Shown here: piece after piece, positions 43,800-53,869 of the stretch
How the letters are laid out: each line of letters opens with the position of its first letter
Numbering within the stretch: position 1 is the first letter of the stretch
Origin: an uncultured Alphaproteobacteria bacterium
Lineage (GTDB): Bacteria > Pseudomonadota > Alphaproteobacteria > HIMB59
Assembly (NCBI GenBank): GCA_902588615.1
Contig: CACIPV010000001.1
Coordinates: 90,682 to 154,681 of the forward strand
DNA length: 64,000 nucleotides
Direction of reading: 5' to 3'
Notes under the pieces: model-generated
Told to the model about the DNA's origin: nothing
The model's database searches: none
The model's input: the letters and a program-made list of their open reading frames with translations, nothing else
Position numbers and translations under genes: made by a program

Positions 43800-44390
43800 T
43801 ATTAAATAAATTCCCGTAGATACTAATAACAATGCAAAGAAATATTCAAAACTTCTTTTTAGTTTAGGGTTAGATACTAAATTTTTAATCAAACTTCCAA
43901 AAAGTGCCCATAAACTTATACATGGAAAGCTTACCAATGATGACATCAACCCAGTGAAAATAACAGCTATCCAAAGCTTTTCTTCTAGAGGCATAAAACC
44001 AGATGCGACTGTAATAGCAATCGTCCATGCCTTAGGGTTTATCCATTGAAAAAGAGCAGCTTCGAATATATTTAAAGGTCTACCTGTATCTTTCTTGTAA
44101 TCCTTTAGAGACCCAATCATTTGATAAGCTAAATAAATGAGATAGAAAAAACAAAGCCATTTTAGTATCATTTGAAATTCTGGTTTATTGATCAAAATTA
44201 AACCTAAACCTGTACAAATTAATGAAACTTGAAGTGCATGACCCAAAGAAATACCGGTAATATGTGGTAAAGACCTTTTAAAACCAAATTTTAACCCTGA
44301 AATCGTTAACATAGCATTGTTGGGCCCAGGTGTAATAAACATTACAGTGTAATATGATACGATTGCTATAATTAAAGCTATATCTATCAA
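43791..44390 (-). CDS. LysE/RhtB family translocator
   Basis: ITPGPNN, FQWINPKAW, about six TM segments. Confidence 0.92.
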   Translation of the reverse strand: MIDIALIIAIVSYYTVMFITPGPNNAMLTISGLKFGFKRSLPHITGISLGHALQVSLICTGLGLILINKPEFQMILKWLCFFYLIYLAYQMIGSLKDYKKDTGRPLNIFEAALFQWINPKAWTIAITVASGFMPLEEKLWIAVIFTGLMSSLVSFPCISLWALFGSLIKNLVSNPKLKRSFEYFFALLLVSTGIYLILN

Positions 44391-44394
44391 TTAA

Positions 44395-45018
44395 TTAATC
44401 TTTAATACTAAATTTATTATCTTTTAAGATAACGTGTATTGGAACACCAGTTGAGAGTTCAACAGAATTAATATTATTTGGTTCATAAATATTCATAACA
44501 ATCAAAAGCGCTCTTAGAGAATTCCCATGTGCTGCTATTAAAATATTATCATTTTCATTACTTTGAATAGCAGGTTTAATTACTTCATCAAAATATTTTG
44601 TAACTCTTCTGACTACGTCCTCAAGACTTTCACCGTTAGGGGGTTGATCAGAATAACCTCTTCTCCACTTATGAACTTGTTCTTCTCCAAATTTTTCAGC
44701 AGTTTCCTTTTTGTTTAAACCCGTGAGATCACCATAATCTCTTTCATTTAAATTAATGTTTGAGATTATTTTTCCTTCATTATTTAAAAAATCCCACTGA
44801 TCGAGGTTTTGAAGAATTATTTTAGCGGTTTCTTGAGCTCTTTTTAATTCGCTTGTAAATACAATATTGAATTTTATATCTAAATTTTTGAAGTTTTGCC
44901 CAGCTTTATTCGCCTCCTCAATGCCTTGTTCAGATAATTCAATATTTTTAAAACCGGTAAAAAGATTTAATTTATTCCACTCGCTTTGACCATGGCGAAT
45001 TAATAAAATATTTTTCAT
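44395..45018 (-). CDS. gpmA: 2,3-BPG-dependent phosphoglycerate mutase
   Basis: RHGQSEWN..NLFTG, LNERDYG.L.G, AHGNSLRAL. Confidence 0.95.
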   Translation of the reverse strand: MKNILLIRHGQSEWNKLNLFTGFKNIELSEQGIEEANKAGQNFKNLDIKFNIVFTSELKRAQETAKIILQNLDQWDFLNNEGKIISNINLNERDYGDLTGLNKKETAEKFGEEQVHKWRRGYSDQPPNGESLEDVVRRVTKYFDEVIKPAIQSNENDNILIAAHGNSLRALLIVMNIYEPNNINSVELSTGVPIHVILKDNKFSIKD

Positions 45019-45046
45019 TGAATTTGATATATATTATTAATTAGTC

Positions 45047-46435
45047 ATGGTCAAATTTCGCATTGAAAAAGATAGCTTAGGTGACATTAAAGTTGAAAGC
45101 ACAAAACTTTGGGGAGCACAAACTCAAAGATCAATAGAAAACTTTCAAATAGGTATTGGGAAATTTCATTTTCAAAATATTTTTATAGAGGCTCTTGCCT
45201 TACAAAAAAAATCATGTGCTTTTGCAAATGCAGAATTAAAATTATTACCGAAAAATCACACAAAAATTATTGGTAAAGTTTGTGATTTAATTATATCTGG
45301 AAAATTAAACGGTCACTTTCCTCTTGTTGTATGGCAAACAGGATCAGGGACTCAAATCAATATGAATCTTAATGAAGTCATTGCAAATAAAAGTAATCAG
45401 TTGTTAGGAAGAAGGCTCCCGACAAATACCCCACTTCATCCTAATGATCATATTAATAGGTCTCAATCATCAAATGATAGTATTCCTACTGCTATGCATA
45501 TAGCTACTGTACTATCGATAAAAAAAAATTTACTTCCTGAGATAGCTTTTTTCAAAAAATCTTTAAAAAAGAAAATTTCTGAGTTTACAGGAATAATTAA
45601 GATTGGAAGAACCCACACTCAAGATGCAACACCAATAAAAATTTCAAATGAATTTTTAGCATTTTATGATCAAATTTCTTATGCAGAGAATGTTATTAAA
45701 AAAAGTTTAAATAAGCTTTATGAATTGGCTCAAGGAGGAACTGCAGTTGGTTCTGGAGTAAATGCGCCAAAAAGTTTTTCTAAAATATTTATTAAATACT
45801 TAAAAAAGGAAACAGGACTTCCGTTTAAATCTGCCCCAAATAAGTATGAGTCGCTTGCTTCCCATGATGTATTTATTGAAGTCATGTCAGGTATCGAAAT
45901 TTTAACTAGTACTTTATTTAAAATGGCTAATGATATTAGGGTATTAGCCTCTGGGCCAAGAAGTGGAATTTCTGAGTTAATTCTTCCAGCCAATGAACCT
46001 GGCTCATCAATTATGCCAGGAAAAATAAATCCTACACAGTGTGAAGCACTATCAATGGTGTGCGCACATGTGATTGGTCTTAGAAATTCTATTGCCTTTG
46101 CTTGCACTCAAGGCCATTTCCAATTAAATGTATATAATCCACTAATCATACATAATACTCTTGATGCTATAAGTTTAATAAGTGAGGCAATGGCTTCATT
46201 TAATAAAAACTGTTTAAAAGGATTGAAAGTTAACAAAAAAAGAGTAAGTGAACTTTTAAATCGCTCTTTAATGCTTGTTACACCATTAACTAAAGTAATT
46301 GGTTACGATCTAGCCTCTAAAGTGGCACTAAATGCTTATAATAAAAACATTTCATTAAAAGAGTCCTGCATGGAACTAACTAATTTATCTGAGGAAGAAT
46401 TTAATAAATATACTGATCCAAAAAAGATGGTTTAA
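45047..46435 (+). CDS. fumC: Fumarate hydratase class II
   Basis: WGAQTQRS, QTGSGT, GRTH.QDATP, GSSIMPGK.NP. Confidence 0.96.
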   Translation: MVKFRIEKDSLGDIKVESTKLWGAQTQRSIENFQIGIGKFHFQNIFIEALALQKKSCAFANAELKLLPKNHTKIIGKVCDLIISGKLNGHFPLVVWQTGSGTQINMNLNEVIANKSNQLLGRRLPTNTPLHPNDHINRSQSSNDSIPTAMHIATVLSIKKNLLPEIAFFKKSLKKKISEFTGIIKIGRTHTQDATPIKISNEFLAFYDQISYAENVIKKSLNKLYELAQGGTAVGSGVNAPKSFSKIFIKYLKKETGLPFKSAPNKYESLASHDVFIEVMSGIEILTSTLFKMANDIRVLASGPRSGISELILPANEPGSSIMPGKINPTQCEALSMVCAHVIGLRNSIAFACTQGHFQLNVYNPLIIHNTLDAISLISEAMASFNKNCLKGLKVNKKRVSELLNRSLMLVTPLTKVIGYDLASKVALNAYNKNISLKESCMELTNLSEEEFNKYTDPKKMV

Positions 46436-47289
46436 TTAATATTGTGTATCTTATAGTTATCTTTTGATTTGAATAATGCTTTTAGCAAATTATTTGTAAT
46501 GAAGTGACCTGTTTTAAAACCCTTATAAGTTCCAATAATAGGATAACCAGATAAATAAAGATCGCCAACCACATCCAAAACTTTATGGCGCATTAATTCG
46601 TTATCATACCTTAATCCATCTTTATTAAGTGGTTTTTTGTCTTTGATAACAATGGCATTATCTAGCGAGCCTCCTTTAATTAAGTTTTGTGACTTGAGGT
46701 ATTCTATTTCTTGAAAAAAGCCAAAAGTTCTTGCTTTAGATATAGACTCTACATAGTTGCCGTTTAAGTTTGTAATTTTAATATTTTGATCTTCATACTT
46801 TCCTTCAAAACTGGATTCTAAATTTATGTTTAAACCTTCGTCTTTTGGCGGGTTGGGAGTTAATTCGGCATATCCATAATCACATGAAAATTTTACAGGC
46901 TTAACAATTTCTAAAATCTTTTGTTCTGAGTCTTGCTCTTTTATTCCTTTTTTTAAAATACTTTCAACAAATACATTAGAACTACCATCAAGAATAGGTA
47001 CTTCAACATTGTCAATTATAATTTCACAATTATTAATATGTAGACCTGCAAGAGCGCTCAATATGTGTTCAACAGTTTTAACTTCAACTCCATTTAAAGC
47101 TATGTTGGTTGAAAATTTTGTTGATATTACATTGTTCCATTTAGCAGGAATAATTATTGATTTATCAGTTCTATTAAAATAGATGCCAGACTTTAGAGGT
47201 GCAGGATTAAGAGTAACGTTGGCTTTAACTCCAGTGTGTAATCCAATCCCATATATATTTATAGGCTCATTGAGAGTAAAGCTTTTCAT
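46432..47289 (-). CDS. lpxC: UDP-3-O-acyl-GlcNAc deacetylase
   Basis: GIGLHTG, TVEH, ARTFGF, HKVLD.VGDL. Confidence 0.96.
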   Translation of the reverse strand: MKSFTLNEPINIYGIGLHTGVKANVTLNPAPLKSGIYFNRTDKSIIIPAKWNNVISTKFSTNIALNGVEVKTVEHILSALAGLHINNCEIIIDNVEVPILDGSSNVFVESILKKGIKEQDSEQKILEIVKPVKFSCDYGYAELTPNPPKDEGLNINLESSFEGKYEDQNIKITNLNGNYVESISKARTFGFFQEIEYLKSQNLIKGGSLDNAIVIKDKKPLNKDGLRYDNELMRHKVLDVVGDLYLSGYPIIGTYKGFKTGHFITNNLLKALFKSKDNYKIHNIN

Positions 47290-47358
47290 CTAGAGTAATA
47301 ATATGAGAATACCCAAAAAGTATAACTTTATATTTGTAAAACTTTGTATTTATTGAAC

Positions 47359-48885
47359 TTATTGATTAGACCCTTTGCGAAGATATGAAGGGGTATCTAT
47401 ATCTTCTATTGTCTCATTTTCATCGCTAAGATCTGAAATATCCGAAACTTCTGATATTTGATCACTATCTTTGATTTGATTAGTTTTTTCGGTATCTTCC
47501 TCTACAACATCACTAAATAAAAAAAGATTTGGATCTGTTTTTGTTTTCTTTATTTTTTGCTTTTTTTCAGGAATTTCAACACTTTCTTCTGTAATTTTTC
47601 TATCAGAAGTCATCAAATTAGAGAGCATACTAAAAAAGCTTTTTTTCTTTTTTTCTTCAGAGTTTTCAAGATTATCAGAGTTTTCAGTAATTTTATCAAT
47701 TAATTGATCATTATCGACTTTGGTACTTTCCTGCTCGTTAGTTAGATTAAATTCTTCTTTTTCAGAGTGAGATTGTTTATTTTCAACTACGCCCGAAATA
47801 TCCTCATAAGTTTTCGAATCTGAGCTATCATAAGAGAGGGTCCCATCAATTTTATTCTGAATAGAGCTAAATCCTGAGTCATTTTCAGACTCTGGATAGT
47901 AAAGAATTTTTTTTCCTGAAGCCTCTATTCCAGTGGCAAATATACTGATTTTTAATTTACCTTGCAGACTTTCGTCTATTAAAGAGCCAAAGATTATATT
48001 TGCCTCAGGGTTAACACTCTGTCTTATTATATTCGCAGCGTGATCTACTTCTAATAAAGTCATATCACTTCCTCCGGAAATATTAACAATAACTCCTTTA
48101 GCAGTATTCATGTCAATATTTTCAATTAATGGATTAGTCAAAGCTAAATTTGATGCCTCTACTGCTTTATTGTCTCCTTCTGCTACAGCAGTGCCCATCA
48201 TCGCAAATCCCATTTCTTTTATAACAGTTCTTACGTCTGCAAAATCTAAGTTAATAAGACCAGGCTGTGTAATTAAATCAGTTAAACCTTTAACACCATC
48301 AAAAAGAACATTATCTGCTTTCTTAAAAGCCTCTGCAAAAGAGGTCTGCTCATTAGATACTTTAAACAAATTTTGATTAGGTATGATCAGTAAAGTGTCT
48401 ACATTGTTTTTAACATCTTCAAGACCTTGCAAGGCAAGATTCATCCTTTTAGTGCCTTCAAAGTTAAATGGGGTTGAAACAATAGCTACTGTTACTATAC
48501 CTAGTTTTTTTGCAATACTTGCTATGACAGGTAAAGCGCCTGTTCCTGTGCCCCCACCCAATCCAGCTGTTAAAAATAACATATTAGTGTTTCTTAATTC
48601 TTCGGATATTAAATCAATGCTTTCTTCAGCTGCTTCCTTTCCTATAATTGGATCTGCCCCTGCTCCCAAACCTTTTGTTTTTTCAAGTCCAAGTTGGATA
48701 CGATTGTAGCAAAGAGAGTTTTCAAGAGCTTGAGCATCCGTATTCGCTACAATAAAATCAACATTATTAAGATTAGATTGAATCATGTTATTTACAGCAT
48801 TGCTTCCTGCACCGCCAATACCCATGACTGTTAAAGATGGTTTTAAGTTTTTTTGATCAACTACTGGTTCTATATCTAGTGTCAT
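47359..48885 (-). CDS. ftsZ: Cell division protein FtsZ
   Basis: GGGTGTG, NLDFAD, acidic linker, DTPSYLRK tail. Confidence 0.98.
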   Translation of the reverse strand: MTLDIEPVVDQKNLKPSLTVMGIGGAGSNAVNNMIQSNLNNVDFIVANTDAQALENSLCYNRIQLGLEKTKGLGAGADPIIGKEAAEESIDLISEELRNTNMLFLTAGLGGGTGTGALPVIASIAKKLGIVTVAIVSTPFNFEGTKRMNLALQGLEDVKNNVDTLLIIPNQNLFKVSNEQTSFAEAFKKADNVLFDGVKGLTDLITQPGLINLDFADVRTVIKEMGFAMMGTAVAEGDNKAVEASNLALTNPLIENIDMNTAKGVIVNISGGSDMTLLEVDHAANIIRQSVNPEANIIFGSLIDESLQGKLKISIFATGIEASGKKILYYPESENDSGFSSIQNKIDGTLSYDSSDSKTYEDISGVVENKQSHSEKEEFNLTNEQESTKVDNDQLIDKITENSDNLENSEEKKKKSFFSMLSNLMTSDRKITEESVEIPEKKQKIKKTKTDPNLFLFSDVVEEDTEKTNQIKDSDQISEVSDISDLSDENETIEDIDTPSYLRKGSNQ

Positions 48886-48905
48886 TTTTTTCCCCGCAAA
48901 TCAAC

Positions 48906-50096
48906 CTATAGTAGGTCCACGAATCTTTTGTACCATATTTTGTTTGAAAAAGAATCAATTTTTTGAATAAAATTACCCTCTTCAGAGCTTTTATTTGTTA
49001 AAAGCCAAAAACTTGAATAAAGAGACATTATACTTCCATCATTTAAAACTTTAGGAATACCGCAGGACTTCGGTGGTTCTAAAAATTGGATATCATAACC
49101 AAATTTTGTTCTAAAATAGTTATAAAAATTTCTTATCTTTGCTCCGCCACCAGTAAAAACATATGAGTAAAAATTACTATCATTTGGTAGGGATTTTAAA
49201 ACTAATTCAAAAGTTTCATCTAGCCGATCTAACGTAATTTCTTTTAAATTATCGTGACCAACATTTTTTTTTTTATTATCTCCAAACTCTTCCCAGATTG
49301 GAATCTCAACTATTGAATTTCTAGTATCAGATAAATCAATTGTAGAATTTTTAAGTTTCTCAGCAAAGTCAAAACTAATATTATGAATATTAACTAAATC
49401 ATTTGATATTTTTTTACTACCTTGCGTGATTTTCTTTTGGAAATGTAATACCTTATTTTTTATTACTATAATATTTATATAATTGAAACCATAATCTATA
49501 AGGACTACATTTGTTTTAGTTTTACGTTTGTTTTTTAAATAAAAATAATAGCAAGTTGTAGAGTCTAAATAATTCAAGATTTTAATATGTAATTTTTGAA
49601 ATATATTATTAAAAAGATTTACTTGTTTGATATCAATCATTGAAACTAGGGAAACTAAAGATAATTTATCACAGTTTAATCCAATTGGATTATCTGTAAT
49701 TAACTTATCATCAATTTTATAGTGAGATGTATAAAAATTATAATGATAGTTTTCATTTTTATCAATTTTAATTTTAGAAATTTTCCTTAAATCGTTTTTT
49801 TCAACAATTGATCCATTTAACTTAAGATCCTTTTGTGTTTTCTTGATTTGAACACTTCTATTTGTAATAAGAATATAGGCATCTTTAATAATATAATTTG
49901 CTTGTTTTTCTGCCTGTACAATGGAGTTCTTAATGGACTCAATAAAATCATCAAAATTTTCAATTTCCTCTCCTGTATACCCTCTAGACCTTGTCTTACC
50001 TGTGCCTATAATTGAAAAATCTTTATTCAATTCAGAATAAATAATTGTCTTTATTGAGAAAGATCCTATTTCGATTATTGTTTTATAATTATCCAC
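48906..50096 (-). CDS. ftsA: Cell division protein FtsA (divergent)
   Basis: EIGS, NPIG, IDYG, FTGGGA; located between ftsQ and ftsZ. Confidence 0.85.
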   Translation of the reverse strand: MDNYKTIIEIGSFSIKTIIYSELNKDFSIIGTGKTRSRGYTGEEIENFDDFIESIKNSIVQAEKQANYIIKDAYILITNRSVQIKKTQKDLKLNGSIVEKNDLRKISKIKIDKNENYHYNFYTSHYKIDDKLITDNPIGLNCDKLSLVSLVSMIDIKQVNLFNNIFQKLHIKILNYLDSTTCYYFYLKNKRKTKTNVVLIDYGFNYINIIVIKNKVLHFQKKITQGSKKISNDLVNIHNISFDFAEKLKNSTIDLSDTRNSIVEIPIWEEFGDNKKKNVGHDNLKEITLDRLDETFELVLKSLPNDSNFYSYVFTGGGAKIRNFYNYFRTKFGYDIQFLEPPKSCGIPKVLNDGSIMSLYSSFWLLTNKSSEEGNFIQKIDSFSNKIWYKRFVDLL

Positions 50097-50744
50097 TTAT
50101 TTTAATCTTATCGTTTTATTGTGAAAATTCCTCAAATCTAAATACTTTGAATAATTTGTGCTTTTATCAATTAAATCAATGTTGTTTTTAATAAAGTACA
50201 ACAATTTGGAATCAACCACTTTTGGTAGCATGATTATTCTACCATTACTTAAAACTAAATTGTATCTCCTTTCCTCTATATATTCTATTTGATCAATATC
50301 AAATAGAGCAGACAATGATTGATAATATTCATTTAAATAATTGTTTATGTGAATACTATTTTGAGAAATATCAATGAGATTAATACCCTCTAAATAATTT
50401 AATTTAAAATAATTAGTAGGAGCTATAGTGTTATCTGTGAATATAACTTCATTAGTTAAATTATTAATTGCAAAAGGTTTTTTAATTTTCAATTGAATTA
50501 TAATTTCATTTTTATTTCTTTTTAATAAATAATTTTCAATAAATAAATAATCTTTCAAAAAATTATTTATATCTTCTAAATTATTTGCAATTTCTATTTC
50601 GAAATCTTCATGTATATTAGAGTCAATGAAGTTTATAATTACTGAGTCTTTATTGAATAAAAAATGCAAAGAAAAAGTAAAAGAAGCAAGAAGTAATATA
50701 ATTGATAGTAAATAAATTAATATTTCTTTTAATTTTAATTTCAT
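50097..50744 (-). CDS. ftsQ: FtsQ/DivIB-like protein (short, divergent)
   Basis: N-terminal TM, RRYNL, LP, YLDLR; located between ddl and ftsA. Confidence 0.75.
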   Translation of the reverse strand: MKLKLKEILIYLLSIILLLASFTFSLHFLFNKDSVIINFIDSNIHEDFEIEIANNLEDINNFLKDYLFIENYLLKRNKNEIIIQLKIKKPFAINNLTNEVIFTDNTIAPTNYFKLNYLEGINLIDISQNSIHINNYLNEYYQSLSALFDIDQIEYIEERRYNLVLSNGRIIMLPKVVDSKLLYFIKNNIDLIDKSTNYSKYLDLRNFHNKTIRLK

Positions 50745-51634
50745 AAAGAAGAATTAATTATTTGTTTTAATAAATATAGATAAGTAAGTCCTTGATAATT
50801 AGCTTGCTCAGGTGCAAGTGATAATTTAGTTAATCCAGGGTGGGTATTCATTTCTAAAAAAAATATTTTTTCGTTTTTTTTACTCATTATGAAATCTATT
50901 CTTGCAATTCCTTTACAATTACAAACACGAAATATTTCTTTTGAAATTTTTATCAAATATTTATATTTAGTTTTAGAAATACGTGCTGGTAAGTAATGAG
51001 AACTTTCATTTTTTCTATATTTTGCTTTGTAATCGTAATGCGTATTATTGAATTCAATTTCTGTAACACCTAGGGCCTGAATTTTCTTATTATTTTCGAT
51101 AACAGTAACTGTTAACTCTTTCCCATTAATAATTTCTTCGATTAAAAATATAGGATTATTAATTTTCTTTTTAAGCTCCTCTTTATTTTTTAAAAACTTG
51201 ATACCTTTTGAAGAGCCTCCCCAATTTGGCTTCAATATTACAGGAAATTTAATTTGATTTTCATAAATTATTTCTTTAGGTGATAGTAAATTAATCTCTT
51301 TTTTAAGAAATTTTTTTAATAAACGCTTGTTGAAACATAGAGCGGATGAAATAGCATCAGAGTGTGTAATAATAATATTATTTTTATTTGCTAGGGAATT
51401 TATTCCACCATCTTCTCCATATTCTCCGTGAAGAGAATTGAATATAATATCAGGCCTGTAAGACAAAATTTCCTCAATATTATTTTTTTTTAAATTAAAA
51501 AACTTTACGTTAAATTTATTTTTATGAAGGCAAGAATAAACATTTTTCCCTGACATAAGAGATATTTCTCTTTCGTCTGACCATCCACCAGCAACTACAA
51601 CAATTTTATAAAATTTATTTTTTTTATCTATCAA
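50741..51634 (-). CDS. ddl: D-alanine--D-alanine ligase
   Basis: GGWSDEREISL.SG, LHG..GEDG, YDYKAKY, EMNTHPG. Confidence 0.95.
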   Translation of the reverse strand: MIDKKNKFYKIVVVAGGWSDEREISLMSGKNVYSCLHKNKFNVKFFNLKKNNIEEILSYRPDIIFNSLHGEYGEDGGINSLANKNNIIITHSDAISSALCFNKRLLKKFLKKEINLLSPKEIIYENQIKFPVILKPNWGGSSKGIKFLKNKEELKKKINNPIFLIEEIINGKELTVTVIENNKKIQALGVTEIEFNNTHYDYKAKYRKNESSHYLPARISKTKYKYLIKISKEIFRVCNCKGIARIDFIMSKKNEKIFFLEMNTHPGLTKLSLAPEQANYQGLTYLYLLKQIINSSL

Positions 51635-52506
51635 TCTATAATTCTTAATTCTTTTTCAAGTAAAATATTATGTTTCTCTTTTACTCTTTTTTGGATTTTA
51701 GAAATAAATGAATTAATACTATCAGCGCTTATATTAGGATCATTTTCAAAAAAATTAGAGTGTGTTTTAGATAATTTTACTGGTCCATCATAGAAACTCT
51801 CATCTATAGATGACTTTATAAGTTTCCATGCTCTTTGATTTTTTGGATTTTTAAAAATACTACCACAGCAATTTACTTTCTGAGGTTGTGTTTTTTTTCT
51901 TATTATATCGTACTCTTGCATTAAACTTTTTATATGGTCTTGATCTTTATATGAAATTTTAAATTTTCCATATAAAATTATAGTATTATTTTTTTGAAAC
52001 CCCTTCCGGTAATCAAACTTTAAATCACCAATATTTTTTTCAAATATTTTGTTCTGATTTACGTCATAATAAATAACACTAATTAATTTATCTTTGATTT
52101 CCTGATTGTAACAACCTGCATTCATAAATATATTTCCTCCAATTGAGCCTGGAATTGTATATAAAAACTCATAACCAGCTATAGATTTTTGATAACAAAA
52201 TTTTGAAAAGTAAATATCTAAAACTGCAGCGCCGACTAACATGTGATCGGAATTTATTTGAATATCTGTAAAATCTCCTAAAAGTTTTATACCTATTCCA
52301 TTGAATCCATCGTCTTTAATTAGTGTATTTGATAAATTACCTATCACTAGAAATGATTTTGCTTTGATATCATTTTGATTAAATAGCTTATTTAATTCAA
52401 ATTTATTATGAACTTTATAAAGATGGCTAATATTTCCGCCAGATTTCAGCCATGAAAATTTAGCTGATGAATAATTGGTAACTAAGTTTTTATTTTTTAG
52501 ACTCAT
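51631..52506 (-). CDS. murB: UDP-N-acetylenolpyruvoylglucosamine reductase
   Basis: IPGSIGG..FMNAG, QP...CGSIFKNP, HSNF; start MSLKNK preferred. Confidence 0.92.
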   Translation of the reverse strand: MSLKNKNLVTNYSSAKFSWLKSGGNISHLYKVHNKFELNKLFNQNDIKAKSFLVIGNLSNTLIKDDGFNGIGIKLLGDFTDIQINSDHMLVGAAVLDIYFSKFCYQKSIAGYEFLYTIPGSIGGNIFMNAGCYNQEIKDKLISVIYYDVNQNKIFEKNIGDLKFDYRKGFQKNNTIILYGKFKISYKDQDHIKSLMQEYDIIRKKTQPQKVNCCGSIFKNPKNQRAWKLIKSSIDESFYDGPVKLSKTHSNFFENDPNISADSINSFISKIQKRVKEKHNILLEKELRIID

Positions 52507-53869
52507 AAAAAAAACGAATTTGGTTTGAAATTTCACCTGCTCCAGCAGAAATAATTATACTCTCTCTTTTATTTTTCACATATTGATCTAGCAAACTAAA
52601 TAAATCACTATAATTATCAATATATTTAGTTTTTTGATTATTTAAAACATTCAAATCATTGACTAAGTTTTTTGAATTTTTCATACCCTTTTTATAATTT
52701 TCTCCAGCCTCGTAAGTTTTTAATATTATTAAATTATTTATATTTTTTAATACGCTCAAATAATTGCTATATAAATCATTTAATCTTGAGTATCTATGTG
52801 GTTCTATAATCATACAAACATTCTTTTTTTTATACAAAGATACAACGTTAATTAGCTTTTCTATTTCAGTAGGATGATGTGCATAATCATCAATAAATAT
52901 TGTTTTTTTTATTTTACCAAGGATATTCATTCTTCTTTTTGTTCCTTTAAAACTCAGTATATGTGATTTTTTTATTTTGTACCCTAAGTCATCTATAATG
53001 GAAAGAACTGCAGTTAAATTTTGAACATTGTGCTCTCCTAATAGATTAGTGGATATATTTTTATATAAGATTTTTTTACCTATTAAAAAATTAAAATATG
53101 ATCTTTTATTAGTCAATCTTATCAATTTGTAATTATAATTTGCATCCGAATTTGAACCAAATGTTTTTATATTTCCAGAATATTTTTTTAATTGGGATAA
53201 AAAATAATCATCATTATTGATAAAAATTTTTGAGTCTTTTTGACTTTGTCTATAAATATATTTTTTAATTTTTGATTTAAAGTTTGTATATGATTTATAA
53301 AAATCTATATGCTCTCTATCAACATTTAAATATAAGAGATATTTTGGATTTAACTTAAATACTGTTCCATCACTCTCATCTGCTTCAACAACAACGTATT
53401 TACTATTAGTAAGGTAAATATTTTGACCAAAATTCTGCATAACTCCCCCGGAAATAACAGTTGGATTTAAACCAGCACAAACTAACAAATGACCTAAAAA
53501 AGAGGTGGTTGAAGTTTTTCCATGTGATCCAGATACTACAATTGTGAATTTATCTCTACAAATAAGCTGGAGAAGTTTAGATCTATTATAGCAAGGTATT
53601 TTATTTTTTTTTGCCTCTTTAATTTCAGGATTATTTTTAATTGCAGTGGAGTAAAATATTACTTCTCTATCTTTAATGTTTGAGATTTTGTGGCCAATAT
53701 AAACAGGAATTTTATATTTTTCTAAGTTAATAGTATTAGCGTTGTAAGTAATATCACTACCCGTGATGTCAACATTATTTTTTTTTAAGTAAATAGCTAG
53801 AGCACTCATGCCAATGCCATTTATACCAATAATATGTACTTTGATTGAAGATAGATCTGAAAATTTCAT
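52490..53869 (-). CDS. murC: UDP-MurNAc--L-alanine ligase
   Basis: GINGIGMS, GSHGKTST, EADESDG, DDYAHHPTE. Confidence 0.95.
   Translation of the reverse strand: MKFSDLSSIKVHIIGINGIGMSALAIYLKKNNVDITGSDITYNANTINLEKYKIPVYIGHKISNIKDREVIFYSTAIKNNPEIKEAKKNKIPCYNRSKLLQLICRDKFTIVVSGSHGKTSTTSFLGHLLVCAGLNPTVISGGVMQNFGQNIYLTNSKYVVVEADESDGTVFKLNPKYLLYLNVDREHIDFYKSYTNFKSKIKKYIYRQSQKDSKIFINNDDYFLSQLKKYSGNIKTFGSNSDANYNYKLIRLTNKRSYFNFLIGKKILYKNISTNLLGEHNVQNLTAVLSIIDDLGYKIKKSHILSFKGTKRRMNILGKIKKTIFIDDYAHHPTEIEKLINVVSLYKKKNVCMIIEPHRYSRLNDLYSNYLSVLKNINNLIILKTYEAGENYKKGMKNSKNLVNDLNVLNNQKTKYIDNYSDLFSLLDQYVKNKRESIIISAGAGEISNQIRFFYESKK

Noticed and set aside
47359..47900. Low-complexity acidic region in FtsZ
   Set aside because: Normal long alphaproteobacterial FtsZ linker, not a repeat element.
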